Source: Verrucomicrobiota bacterium (GTDB lineage Bacteria > Verrucomicrobiota > Verrucomicrobiia > Verrucomicrobiales > Akkermansiaceae). Taken from it: a stretch of 60,597 bases of DNA. The notes beneath the pieces were generated by a model. That model was not told the origin of the DNA, did not search any database, and worked only from the letters and a program-made list of their open reading frames with translations. The stretch lies in NCBI GenBank assembly GCA_041182265.1, contig JBEGOB010000281.1, positions 1-60,597 on the forward strand, in the 5' to 3' direction. How positions within the stretch are numbered: the first letter of the stretch is position 1; each line of letters opens with the position of its first letter. A program made the position numbers and the translations under genes. Positions 1 to 9,455 of the stretch are shown here, in pieces.

Positions 1-2
1 CC

Positions 3-563
3 TTCGAGGATCTCTTTGACCTGCCTGATGAAATAGCTCCGGCGCTCCTTCCCTTCCTGCCGAAGTTTGATCACGCGTTGCTTGACCTCACTTGTTTCGA
101 TCCCGCGACTGGTGAAGAAGACGCTCGGATGCAAGTCGTTCTCCAGTTGATGAAGCTTGCCCGGCAGAAGGAACTGCTGCGCTTCTTCCAATGGCTCGCC
201 GGATATTCCGCCCACGAACTTCCCCAAAGCCTGCTCGGTAAAATGCTGCTCTACGCGCTCCACTCCGACAGCGACCTTGACGCGCAAGCGATCTACACTA
301 GCTTGTCAAGCAACCCTGAACTTGAAAGAAACACCATGTCTGTCGCAGAAAAACTGAAAGCGGAAGGCCGCATGGAAGGAATTTCCCAGGGAATCTCCCA
401 GGGAATCTCAAAAGGCCTATGGGTCGGGCGAATCCAGACTTTGCAGGAATTTCTGGAACAAACGGTGAGTTCTTGTGAGGAACTGGAAACTTTGGAAGTC
501 GCTGAGCTTGAGAGCCGTCACGCGAGCCTCCACCGGGAATACGAGGCCTGTTTCAAGCGCTGA
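3..563 (+). CDS. Rpn-family recombination-promoting nuclease/putative transposase (YhgA-like), 5'-truncated by window edge
   Basis: Frame is open from base 3 (FEDLFDLPDEIAPALLPFLPKFDHALLDL). Typical Rpn C-terminal tail MSVAEKLKAEGRMEGISQGISQGISKG. Confidence 0.8.
   Translation, partial: FEDLFDLPDEIAPALLPFLPKFDHALLDLTCFDPATGEEDARMQVVLQLMKLARQKELLRFFQWLAGYSAHELPQSLLGKMLLYALHSDSDLDAQAIYTSLSSNPELERNTMSVAEKLKAEGRMEGISQGISQGISKGLWVGRIQTLQEFLEQTVSSCEELETLEVAELESRHASLHREYEACFKR
378..413 (+). repeat. 3 x 12-bp in-frame tandem repeat (GISQ-GISQ-GISK)
   Basis: ggaatttcccag ggaatctcccag ggaatctcaaaa. Confidence 0.85.
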
Positions 564-694
564 GCGGACCTTATAAAACCGCTGAATGCGTTCTCGGCCG
601 CTGGTAGAATCCGAGCTCTGCTGACTCCATGACGAACTCGAAGCCGCGTGTTGTCCGCAAATAAAATCGCACGCCGATCTCCGAGAAAGCCCGC

Positions 695-722
695 TTGCGC
701 CCCCATCCGTTCCGCCTAGGCT
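695..722 (+). promoter_or_regulatory. Putative sigma70 promoter, leaderless-type
   Basis: TTGCGC-16 nt-TAGGCT, then 6 nt to the ATG at 729. No SD. Confidence 0.55.
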
Positions 723-728
723 CGCGGC

Positions 729-1691
729 ATGCCCACCGCCTGCCACAACGGTCAATGCCCGTCACCGCCATGGATTCGCCGGGCCTTGCTGGCGACCGGC
801 ATCCAACAAATCGCGCTTGCCGCTTGGCTCGTTCTCGCTGCAGCCCCCACGCCGCTTGACTCCATCTCCCTGCCACTTCCATGGCTAGCGCTCGGCATGG
901 CCGCGCTCGGCGGCAGTCTCATGGTCGCGGCTAGAAATCCACTGCGCCACTGGAAGCTCATTTTCCTCGGATTCCTAAAATTTTCCGGCGTGATCATCGT
1001 CACCGCAATCGCACTCGCCCAATCGAGGATCTCCACGCATGACTTGTGGCTGCCGCTGCTGGATTCTGCCCTGGGCTGGCCACTCTTTGTAGGGATTCTC
1101 TGGGCTTGCCTGCGAGTGCAAGTCGGCATCCCACTGGCGCGTGCAGAGTCGTATTCGGTCGCCGAAGCTTCACACATTTACCGACTCTCGTCTGGCCAAA
1201 CCTTGGCGGACGCATCTTCTGAGAAGCTGCTGGTGCTGGTTTTTCTCCGCCATTTTGGCTGCACCTTCACCCGCCGGATTTTGCGCGGTTTGGAGGAAAT
1301 CGAAGTGGAGGCGAACCGCCACGGCGCCGAGTTGGTGCTGGTCCACATGCTCCGCAGCGGAGATGAAACGGGGTATCTTGGGAAAAACAGCAGCATCACA
1401 CGCATCGCGGACCCACGCTGCGAACTTTACCGCGCCTTTGGTCTCGGAAAAGGCGGCTTGATCGCCCTCTTCGGACCCCAAGTCTGGCTGCGTGGCGTCG
1501 CCTCGCTTATGCAAGGCTGCGGCGTCGGCCACTTGGCGGGCGACGGACTCCAAATGCCGGGCGCATTCCTTTTCCGCCACAGCACCATCATTTCGTCACA
1601 ACCTGCACGGACCGCGGCAGACCTCCCGGACATCCCCGCACTTTTCCGCGAACTGCCACCCACCCCGCTGGCGGAGGTCGCTCCGTCATGA
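729..1691 (+). CDS. Membrane-anchored AhpC/TSA-like (SelL-related) thioredoxin-fold redox protein
   Basis: Four hydrophobic N-terminal segments (AARNPLRHWKLIFLGFLK). Then VFLRHFGCTFT, IADPRCELYRAFGL and GDGLQMPGAFLF motifs. Confidence 0.75.
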   Translation: MPTACHNGQCPSPPWIRRALLATGIQQIALAAWLVLAAAPTPLDSISLPLPWLALGMAALGGSLMVAARNPLRHWKLIFLGFLKFSGVIIVTAIALAQSRISTHDLWLPLLDSALGWPLFVGILWACLRVQVGIPLARAESYSVAEASHIYRLSSGQTLADASSEKLLVLVFLRHFGCTFTRRILRGLEEIEVEANRHGAELVLVHMLRSGDETGYLGKNSSITRIADPRCELYRAFGLGKGGLIALFGPQVWLRGVASLMQGCGVGHLAGDGLQMPGAFLFRHSTIISSQPARTAADLPDIPALFRELPPTPLAEVAPS

Positions 1692-2431
1692 ATTTCTTCC
1701 CGCTCGCAAAATGGGCCGCCGCCCTCGCCGCGTGCCTCCTCAGCTCATGCATCGACTGCCGCGAGGAAATCCACTTGGCGGCCGATGGCAGCGGGCGCAT
1801 CGACCTCACTTATTCTCTACCCGCCGCAGCGGCCCGCCTCCACGGTGGCAACGCAGGAGTCTCCCGAATGCTGGGAAAAATCCTCAGCGAGACACCGCAA
1901 CTCCACTCGACCACCCACCAAGTCACCACCGTCGGCGATCGCCTGCAAATCCGTGTGCACGCCGCCTTCGACTCGGCCATGGATTTGAAAAAAATCTCCG
2001 CCAGCTCAGCAAAAGCACTGCCATCCGCCGCCACCCACCTCACTGGCAAGGTGGATTTAAAATTCTCCGGCAGAACCGTGGACTTCTCGCGCATCATCGC
2101 GCCCGGCCGCGCACTCCCCGGCGCGGCGTTCATGCCGCCATCGAGCTTTGAAGGGAGAAATCTCGTTTACATCATGCACTTGCCGATCGCACCGCGTGCC
2201 TCGAATGCAACTCGCACGGAAAACCACGGCCGGACTCTCATCTGGGATTTCCCGCTGGCCAGTGCCATCCGCACTCCTGTAAATCCACGATTCACTTTGG
2301 AAATGCCACTCCCGCAGCGCTTGATCGCCAGCTTGGTCGCACTGCTCCTCTGCGTGACAGCTCTAATGATTTTCCGCAGTCGCAAGCTACGAAAATCGCG
2401 GAAACCGCCCGTTCAGGCGGGTGTTGTCTAG
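1688..2431 (+). CDS. Lipoprotein with C-terminal TM helix (LppM-like)
   Basis: Lipobox LLSS-C, C-terminal hydrophobic helix with basic tail. ATGA overlap with the upstream gene. Confidence 0.6.
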   Translation: MNFFPLAKWAAALAACLLSSCIDCREEIHLAADGSGRIDLTYSLPAAAARLHGGNAGVSRMLGKILSETPQLHSTTHQVTTVGDRLQIRVHAAFDSAMDLKKISASSAKALPSAATHLTGKVDLKFSGRTVDFSRIIAPGRALPGAAFMPPSSFEGRNLVYIMHLPIAPRASNATRTENHGRTLIWDFPLASAIRTPVNPRFTLEMPLPQRLIASLVALLLCVTALMIFRSRKLRKSRKPPVQAGVV

Positions 2432-2465
2432 ACAGACCTGTCGGATCGTGCTGGTTTACAGAACC

Positions 2466-3413
2466 ATGGCCGTCGAATTTAAAGATTATTACGCCACACT
2501 CGGCGTCTCACGCGACGCCAGCACGGCGGATATCAAGAAGGCATTCCGGAAACTTGCCCGCAAATACCACCCGGACGTTGCAAGCGACAAGCCCGCTGCG
2601 GAGACAAAATTTAAGGAGATCAACGAGGCAAACGAGGTGTTAAGCGACCCGGAAAAGCGTCGAAAATACGATGAGCTCGGCGCGGACTGGGACCAAGTCC
2701 GTCCAGGGCATCCGGGACGCGGCCCCTTCGCCGGGCAGGATGTGGATTTCAACTTTGGCGGCACGGGGTTTAGCGATTTTTTCGAGCAGTTTTTCAGCGG
2801 TGCCAGTCGCCAAGGATTTCCCAGCGGAGCCGGAGCCAGCCAAGCACGCACGCGCAAGGGCAACGACGTGGAGGGCGACATCCTCGTAACCCTTGAGGAA
2901 GTGATGCACGGCGGGGTGCGCCCCATATCCCTCCAGTCGCGCTCACCCCAATCCGGCCAAGCGGAGACGCGCACCTTCAAAGTCCGCATCCCGCCCGGCG
3001 TCACCAGCGGTCAACGCATCCGCGTGACTGGCCAAGGCGAACCCGGCAGCGGCGGCGGCCCAGCCGGGGATCTCTACCTGCGCGTCCGCCACGCCGCACA
3101 CCCGGATTTCCACACGGAAGGCCACGACCTTTTCTACGAGCTTGCCGTCGCCCCTTGGGAAGCCGTCCTTGGCGCGGATCTCAAGGTCCCGACTCTCGAT
3201 GGCGACATCAAACTCCGCATCCCTCCCGGCAGCGAAAACGGCCAGCAACTCCGAGTCCGCGGCCGTGGCCTCCCCAAAGGACAAGACGCCGGACGTGGCG
3301 ACTTCCACGCAAGCATCACGCTGGAACTCCCGTCCAAGATCTCCGAGGAGGAACGCACACTCTGGGAAAAGCTGCGCGCAGTTTCCTCATTCAATCCGCG
3401 CGCACCCTCGTAA
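2466..3413 (+). CDS. cbpA: DnaJ-class co-chaperone without zinc finger (CbpA-like)
   Basis: J domain KDYY...YHPD, G/F region (GFSDFFEQFF), DnaJ C-terminal domain, no CxxCxGxG repeats. Confidence 0.88.
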   Translation: MAVEFKDYYATLGVSRDASTADIKKAFRKLARKYHPDVASDKPAAETKFKEINEANEVLSDPEKRRKYDELGADWDQVRPGHPGRGPFAGQDVDFNFGGTGFSDFFEQFFSGASRQGFPSGAGASQARTRKGNDVEGDILVTLEEVMHGGVRPISLQSRSPQSGQAETRTFKVRIPPGVTSGQRIRVTGQGEPGSGGGPAGDLYLRVRHAAHPDFHTEGHDLFYELAVAPWEAVLGADLKVPTLDGDIKLRIPPGSENGQQLRVRGRGLPKGQDAGRGDFHASITLELPSKISEEERTLWEKLRAVSSFNPRAPS

Positions 3414-3449
3414 TTTCTCCCAGATTCCTCCACCGGCAGCGCTGGGATC

Positions 3450-3478
3450 TTGACCCACCTTCCCGCCCCAGCGAGTTT
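3450..3478 (+). promoter_or_regulatory. Putative sigma70 promoter, leaderless-type
   Basis: TTGACC-17 nt-GAGTTT, then 6 nt to the polX ATG at 3485. Confidence 0.5.
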
Positions 3479-3484
3479 CCCCGC

Positions 3485-5227
3485 ATGACGCGCGAAAATC
3501 TGGCTGAAGTCTTGGAAGAGATCGCTCTATTGCTCGAACTGAAGGGCGAAAACCCATTCAAAATCCGCGCCTATCGCCAAGGCGCGGACACGGTGCGGAG
3601 CTTCGAGGGCGAAATCGTCGAACTGGCGGAAAAAAATGAACTCACCGGCATCAAAGGCATCGGCGAGGCGCTCCGCGATAAACTCCACGAACTGGCAAGC
3701 ACCGGTCACTTGCAATTTCACGAAAATCTCCGCGCAGAATTTCCCCCCGGCTTGTTCGAACTGTTCGACGTCCAAGGCCTCGGCCCCAAGAAGGTGAAGG
3801 CCCTCTACGACGTGCTCGGAATTTCCTCCATTCCAGACCTTAAAGCCGCCTGCGAGTCGGGGAAAATCGCTGGCTTGCCCGGCTTCGGCGCGAAAACTCA
3901 AACGAAGCTCTTGGAGGCCATCTCCCTGCGGGAATCGTTCGCCGACACATTCCTTCTCGGCAGTATCAGCGGGCTCGTGGACGAGATGCTGGAAACTTTG
4001 AGAACCCACCCGGAGATCGTCCGTGTCGCCGTGGCTGGATCATTCCGCCGCGCGAAGGAGACGGTGCATGACCTGGATTTCCTCGTCGCAACCAAGGAGC
4101 CCAAGCTGGTCTGCGAGGATTTCACCACACTGCCGCAAGTCGCCTCGATCATCGGATTTGGCGAAACCAAGGCTTCAGTTCGCCTGAAAAACGGACTCCA
4201 GTGCGACCTCCGTGCCGTCTCGAACGCGCAATTTCCCTTCGCCCTTCAATATTTTACGGGCTCCAAAGAGCACAACGTCGCACTCCGCTCGCTCGCACTC
4301 AAGCAAGGGCTGTCGCTGAACGAATATGGATTCACCGCAACCCAAGCGGAAAACCCAGCGGCCATCCCCGAGGTGTTTGACGAGCCAGACATCTATCGCG
4401 CCCTTGGACTGGATTTCGTCCCACCAGAACTCCGCGAAAACCGCGGGGAAATCGAGGCTGCCACCGAGCACAGCTTGCCACGTCTGGTGGAGTTGGAAAA
4501 CCTGCGCGGCACTTTTCACAACCACACGACCGCCTCTGACGGCATGGACACCTTGGAGGCAATGGCCGAGGCCGCCATCGAACTCGGCCTGCAATACCTC
4601 GGCATCGCAGACCACTCGAAGGCTTCTTTTCAAGCCAACGGCCTGGACGAGGAACGGCTGAGAAGCCAAATCGCCGCAATCCAAACACTGAACGCCACTT
4701 ACTCGAAATTCCGCTTATTTTCGGGAACCGAGGTGGACATCCACAAGGATGGCACGCTGGACTTCGACGACGCAATGCTCGCGGAACTCGACTATTGCGT
4801 GGCCTCAGTTCACGGCTCATTCAGCCTCAGCGAAGACGAAATGACCCGCAGAATCTGCCGGGCCATGGAAAATGAACACGTCACCATGCTCGGTCATGTC
4901 ACCGGTCGCCTCCTCCTCAAACGCGACGGATATGCCGTCAATCACTCAAAAATCATCGATTGCGCGGCGGAAACCCGCACCATCATCGAGCTGAATTGCA
5001 GCCCTCTCCGCCTCGACATGGACTGGCGCTGGTGGAAACGCGCGCGCGACAAAGGCGTGCTCTGTTCCATCAATCCCGACGCCCACTCGGCCGAGCGCCT
5101 CCACCACCTCGGCCTCGGCGTGCGCCTCGCTCGCAAGGGTTGGCTCAGAAAACAAGATATCCTCAACACTCGCTCGCTCGCAGAAGTGGAGAAATTTCTA
5201 AAAACTCCAAAGTCAAAGCGCGTTTGA
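3485..5227 (+). CDS. polX: DNA polymerase X / PHP 3'-5' exonuclease
   Basis: [10 protein letters not shown], HhH motifs, GSFRR..VHDLDFL and QCDLR catalytic aspartates. PHP motifs HNHT, DHS, NPDAH. Confidence 0.93.
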   Translation: MTRENLAEVLEEIALLLELKGENPFKIRAYRQGADTVRSFEGEIVELAEKNELTGIKGIGEALRDKLHELASTGHLQFHENLRAEFPPGLFELFDVQGLGPKKVKALYDVLGISSIPDLKAACESGKIAGLPGFGAKTQTKLLEAISLRESFADTFLLGSISGLVDEMLETLRTHPEIVRVAVAGSFRRAKETVHDLDFLVATKEPKLVCEDFTTLPQVASIIGFGETKASVRLKNGLQCDLRAVSNAQFPFALQYFTGSKEHNVALRSLALKQGLSLNEYGFTATQAENPAAIPEVFDEPDIYRALGLDFVPPELRENRGEIEAATEHSLPRLVELENLRGTFHNHTTASDGMDTLEAMAEAAIELGLQYLGIADHSKASFQANGLDEERLRSQIAAIQTLNATYSKFRLFSGTEVDIHKDGTLDFDDAMLAELDYCVASVHGSFSLSEDEMTRRICRAMENEHVTMLGHVTGRLLLKRDGYAVNHSKIIDCAAETRTIIELNCSPLRLDMDWRWWKRARDKGVLCSINPDAHSAERLHHLGLGVRLARKGWLRKQDILNTRSLAEVEKFLKTPKSKRV

Positions 5228-5285
5228 ACTCAAGTTCACCAATCCTTTGCCTTGCGCGGCGCCTCTCCTGACTCCATGGATGGGC

Positions 5286-6053
5286 ATGGACCGTTGGTTT
5301 TTGATCGCCTCCACCTTGCTCGCCGCCATCGGCGGAGCATGGGGCATGCTGTCGGTGCATCATGGCAAGCGTAGCCATTGGACCGTCGCTTGGATGATCG
5401 GCGTTTTCGTTTGCCAACTGGGTTTCCTCTCCGTCCGCGGGGAAATGCGCGCCGCCTGCCCGCTGATGGATCGGGGGGAAATTCTCGCATTCCTCGCCTG
5501 GTCACTCACCTTGTTTTACCTACTCGTCGGCCCCGCATACAGGATCTCACTGCTCGGCGTTTTCACCGCTCCCGTGGTGGTTATTTTCCAAGCCGCCGCC
5601 CTCATCCCTGGCACTCTCGACCCCCAACCTATCCCCGTTTCCGGCGGAAATCCCTGGCATGAAACCCACTCGGCCACGTCCGTTCTAGCCTACGGCGCTC
5701 TCGCACTCGCCGCCGTCGCCGGTGTCATGTTTCTCGTGCTCGACCGCCAGTTGAAGGAACATCACCTGAAGAGCGGATTGTTCCGCAACCTCCCTCCAGT
5801 CAGAGACTTACTCATCTCACTCGAACGCCTGCTTTGGCTCGGTGGCGGCTTGCTCACTCTCGGCGTGCTTGCTGGAATTCTCATGCCTCGGACCGCATCC
5901 GCCCTTCCCCACCTCATCGCCGCGCTCGCCGTTTGGCTCGCATACGCAACATTGCTCACCCTCAAACAAGTCCGTGGACTGACTGGCCGACGCCTCTCTC
6001 TATCGACCGTCATCTTGTTTTTGCTCTCACTGGCAGTCTTTGCATTCGTCTGA
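5286..6053 (+). CDS. Cytochrome c assembly CcsA/HemX-like membrane protein
   Basis: About 8 TM helices, WHETH and LPPVRDL-type motifs. Overlaps the hemA start (TGATG). Start could also be 5280. Confidence 0.75.
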   Translation: MDRWFLIASTLLAAIGGAWGMLSVHHGKRSHWTVAWMIGVFVCQLGFLSVRGEMRAACPLMDRGEILAFLAWSLTLFYLLVGPAYRISLLGVFTAPVVVIFQAAALIPGTLDPQPIPVSGGNPWHETHSATSVLAYGALALAAVAGVMFLVLDRQLKEHHLKSGLFRNLPPVRDLLISLERLLWLGGGLLTLGVLAGILMPRTASALPHLIAALAVWLAYATLLTLKQVRGLTGRRLSLSTVILFLLSLAVFAFV

Positions 6054-7063
6054 TGGAACTCCTCTGTCTCGGCCTCAACCACCGCACCGCACCCGTTGAA
6101 GTGCGTGAACGCTTCGCCGTGGGCATGCCCAAACTCGGCGCTGCCGCGAACGAATGGATCGCTCTCGCCCAAGCCTCGGAAGGCGTGGTGATCTCAACTT
6201 GCAACCGCACGGAATTTTACCTCGCCGCCCACAACGCGAACGCCGCTTGCTCGCTCATGGAAGCCGGCCTCGCCGAAAAAATCCAAGTGGACTCCAGCAT
6301 CTCCGCGCACTTCTACCGCTTGGAAAAAACCGAGGCCGCACGCCATCTCTGCCGCGTCGTCAGCGGCCTAGACTCCATGATGCTCGGTGAAACCGAAATT
6401 TTCGGCCAAGTCAAACAAGCTTACCAATCCGCACTCGCCGCCGGCGCCACTGGCGCAATACTCAACCGCTTGTTCCAACGCGCTTTCGGCGTCGGTAAAA
6501 AAGTCCGCACAGAAACATCCATCCAAGAAGGCTCAACTTCCGTCGGCAACGTCGCCGTGGACCTCGCAGAGAAAATTTTTGGCCACCTAAAAAATAGCGA
6601 AGTCATGATCCTCGGCGCCGGGGAAATGAGTCGCATCACCGCACAAAGCCTCGTCTCACGCGGTGCGAAATCGATCTTCGTCGCAAACCGATCCTTCGAC
6701 CGCGCCCAAGAACTCGCCACTGAAATGGGCGGCCGTGCCGTGCGTTTCGACGATTGGCAAAGCATCCTCGAACGCGTGGACGTCGTCATTTCATCCACCG
6801 GCGCACCCCACGCCATCGTCCACCGCGCCGATGTCGAAAAAGCGCGCCGCGCCCGCAAATACCGCCCGCTTTTCTTCATCGACATCGCCGTCCCACGCGA
6901 CATCGACCCAAGCGTCGGTGAAATCGAAGAAGTCTATCTCTACGACATTGATACGCTCGAACAACTCGCCGACGAAGCACGCGTCCGCCGCCAACTTCAA
7001 ATCAACGAGTGCGAGCTAATCATCGACCAAGAACTCGCCAAGCTCAATTTACCCGGCACCTAA
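6053..7063 (+). CDS. hemA: Glutamyl-tRNA reductase (short, no C-terminal dimerisation domain)
   Basis: GLNHRTAPVEVRE, STCNRTE, GLDSMMLGETEIFGQ, GAGEMS, DIAVPRDI. Confidence 0.93.
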   Translation: MELLCLGLNHRTAPVEVRERFAVGMPKLGAAANEWIALAQASEGVVISTCNRTEFYLAAHNANAACSLMEAGLAEKIQVDSSISAHFYRLEKTEAARHLCRVVSGLDSMMLGETEIFGQVKQAYQSALAAGATGAILNRLFQRAFGVGKKVRTETSIQEGSTSVGNVAVDLAEKIFGHLKNSEVMILGAGEMSRITAQSLVSRGAKSIFVANRSFDRAQELATEMGGRAVRFDDWQSILERVDVVISSTGAPHAIVHRADVEKARRARKYRPLFFIDIAVPRDIDPSVGEIEEVYLYDIDTLEQLADEARVRRQLQINECELIIDQELAKLNLPGT

Positions 7064-7080
7064 GATCAGGCTAAGGCGAG

Positions 7081-8487
7081 CTACTGAGAAAGCCCCTTAC
7101 CAAAAATCCGCAGTTTCTTGAGCGGCACTGCATAGGCCATCGCGATGGAGGGCGTGCACGCAAGCGGGCCGCGGTTGATATACGAAGTCATCGCATTTTT
7201 ACCTTCCGCCTTATGCGGCCATGGTTGAGTGATGAACGAGCCGTCCCAGCGGCGCGCTAGATCGTAATACCAACGCTGGGATTTAAGGAAATCCGCGAGA
7301 GCGGCATCACCCTCGATGCCCACTCCGGCAGGTCCCCAAAAATACGAAAAAAAGTTTCCGGTGTGCCCCTGTTCTCGCTCGTCCACGGATGCAGCGGTCA
7401 TACGCGAAAAATAACCCGCAGCCTCGCGATCCCCTATCAACATCATCGCAATCGCAGCTCCCGCATTCTTGCCATTGGCAGCGTGCGTTTGTAGCCACGG
7501 CTCATGATCGCCATAGGGAATCGAGCCAATTCCCATGTATCGCCGAAAAAACAGATAGGCACGTTCATGATTTTGCGCAGTCACCTTGAGACCGCATTCG
7601 CGTGCAAGAGTGAGCGTCATCAGACAGGTCAAACCCACTGAGTTTACCTCGCCATAACCTTTCGTTTGCCCTTTCACGGCGGGCGAGTGCCCCCAACTGC
7701 CAGACGCGGCTTGGCCGGCTTCAAGGTGATCAACCAGCTTTTGCAAGCCGGGTAAAACTTTACGATCCTTTGTTGCTAGATAATATTCTGCTAGGAAAAG
7801 TCCTTGGTGAGACCACTCCCAGTTCGGCAATGAAGGTTCGCGTTTGCTTGCTAGAACCGCATCAGTGATCCGATGGGCCGATTGCCGCACCTCATCCATG
7901 TGATCCGGATTTCCCGCAGCCATCAGGAACAAGGCGTCGAAGCTGCCAAACACTCCGCTAAAGCCGCCCTTGGGCATTCCCGCTGCGACATAGTTTGCGG
8001 AACGCGCGAGAATTTCCTCACTTTTCAAACACTTCCCAGAATCCGCGTGGGCGGGGAGCTTGCCGATCTGAAGTTGGATTTCCTCATGGATCCCCTTGCG
8101 CCAACGCGTCACAGTGAGCACTCCATCACCCGCCTCTGCAGGAGCGATGGCCTCACCAAAACTGCGCCTAGCATCTGCGGTGAAAGGGCGCCCACCCACT
8201 CCAGTCAGGATGTCAAACGGCTGAATTTTGCTAGCCGCAGGCGATCCGGGATCGACAGAAACGACGAGAATTTCGCGGCTCGCGGCACTGTCTCCCTTGG
8301 AACCGAGCACCCATCCTCGCAAACCCGTGGGACCGAGATTCCAACTCACACTCGGCGTCTCGGGCAATTGACTGAGATCCGTAGGCTGCAGTTTCAATAG
8401 CGAAAATTGCGCACCTAACACGCCGGGCAGCAGGGCGGCGGCAAGAGCAACTGAGCGTGCACCATGAGTGAGTCGGCGAATCATCAT
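7081..8487 (-). CDS. Exported DUF6288-type protein (PDZ-like plus alpha/alpha-toroid)
   Basis: Signal peptide, WNLGPTGLRGW, GSPAA..DIL PDZ-like segment, GSWGH, GHTGNFFS..WG, WYYDLARRWDGSF. Confidence 0.7.
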   Translation of the reverse strand: MMIRRLTHGARSVALAAALLPGVLGAQFSLLKLQPTDLSQLPETPSVSWNLGPTGLRGWVLGSKGDSAASREILVVSVDPGSPAASKIQPFDILTGVGGRPFTADARRSFGEAIAPAEAGDGVLTVTRWRKGIHEEIQLQIGKLPAHADSGKCLKSEEILARSANYVAAGMPKGGFSGVFGSFDALFLMAAGNPDHMDEVRQSAHRITDAVLASKREPSLPNWEWSHQGLFLAEYYLATKDRKVLPGLQKLVDHLEAGQAASGSWGHSPAVKGQTKGYGEVNSVGLTCLMTLTLARECGLKVTAQNHERAYLFFRRYMGIGSIPYGDHEPWLQTHAANGKNAGAAIAMMLIGDREAAGYFSRMTAASVDEREQGHTGNFFSYFWGPAGVGIEGDAALADFLKSQRWYYDLARRWDGSFITQPWPHKAEGKNAMTSYINRGPLACTPSIAMAYAVPLKKLRIFGKGLSQ

Positions 8488-9380
8488 TTGATTTTTTCTA
8501 AAATTTTCCGCGCCTTTTCGGCATCGCGCTTGTCCTTCTCAGCCGTCTTTGCGGCGACGACTTTCAGGCCATCAGAAGCCGCGGAAGCCTCCTCACCCAA
8601 CGATTCAAGAATCGGCAGCAAGCGGCGGTAGCGACTGCTGGCACCCCAGCGCTCTTCTTGCAAAAGCCCGCCGGCAAGGGCCGCCGCCTTGCGCTTGTCA
8701 AAACGTGCGATCCATCGAATCGCCTCAATCCGCGGATTGTCCGCAAACATCGAATCTTGGGCATAGGTGGCCACGGACGCCTCCACCGCGGACAGTGCGA
8801 TTTTTCCGTCATCACCTAACTTTCCAAGCATCGCAATGCCGCTACTGCGCGTGCTTGCGCGCGGCGCACCGAGCGACCGAATGGCTGTGGCAAGGTATTC
8901 TTGCGAATCAAAAAACTTCACGGGTAGACCACTGATTGCCTCAACCGCAGCAGCCGAAACCCAAGGGTTTTCATCGCGGGCAGCCATGATCAAAGCCGGT
9001 GCGGCGGACTCAAAATGAATCGCCTGCAGCGCAGATGCCGCCGCACAGCGCACCCAAAAATCCGAGTCACCTTCGAGTCGTGTGATCAGCTGATCGGCAA
9101 GCCCCCGCCATGCCGACGAAGCCGAAGGCCGCTCGGACTTGGCGATAATGGCAATCACTTCCGTGGCCGCATGCCGGAGACCTGAGTTTGAGGATTCCAG
9201 AGCCTTCGACAACTCCGGCAGCGCGGCAGCACCCCGTTTCGCGACCTCAGGAATGAGCTTGGCCCGCACCACCGGTGACCTATCGCCCAGCCCCTGCGGC
9301 AAGGGGTCCGCGCACAGACTGCTGCCTGCAAGCATGGCAAGACACGCAGCGAGACGGACGGCTTTTTGTGAAATTTGCAT
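8484..9380 (-). CDS. Exported HEAT-repeat protein
   Basis: Signal peptide, repeated D..WVR.AAA.AL helical units. ATGA overlap with the DUF6288 gene. Confidence 0.7.
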   Translation of the reverse strand: MQISQKAVRLAACLAMLAGSSLCADPLPQGLGDRSPVVRAKLIPEVAKRGAAALPELSKALESSNSGLRHAATEVIAIIAKSERPSASSAWRGLADQLITRLEGDSDFWVRCAAASALQAIHFESAAPALIMAARDENPWVSAAAVEAISGLPVKFFDSQEYLATAIRSLGAPRASTRSSGIAMLGKLGDDGKIALSAVEASVATYAQDSMFADNPRIEAIRWIARFDKRKAAALAGGLLQEERWGASSRYRRLLPILESLGEEASAASDGLKVVAAKTAEKDKRDAEKARKILEKIK

Positions 9381-9455
9381 GATCGAAAAACGACTTAAGA
9401 ACAACGAGATACCCTAACGAGGGAGGTTTCAATTCCCTCGGTGCATGTCACGCAT

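Noticed and set aside
1-700. IS element around the Rpn/'transposase_31' gene
   Set aside because: No terminal inverted repeats or target duplication visible, and this family is not a demonstrated transposase.
1250-1280. Selenocysteine recoding in the SelL-like gene
   Set aside because: The active-site codon is TGC (Cys) and there is no in-frame TGA.
3155-3484. N-terminal extension of polX (similar extensions on hemA, GH95, rnhB, fbaA and araC 29644)
   Set aside because: These overlap neighbouring genes or intergenic DNA; family homology starts at downstream Met codons.
3485-5227. Possible inactive ('altered') PolX
   Set aside because: The catalytic DxD and third Asp, and the PHP metal ligands, are all present.
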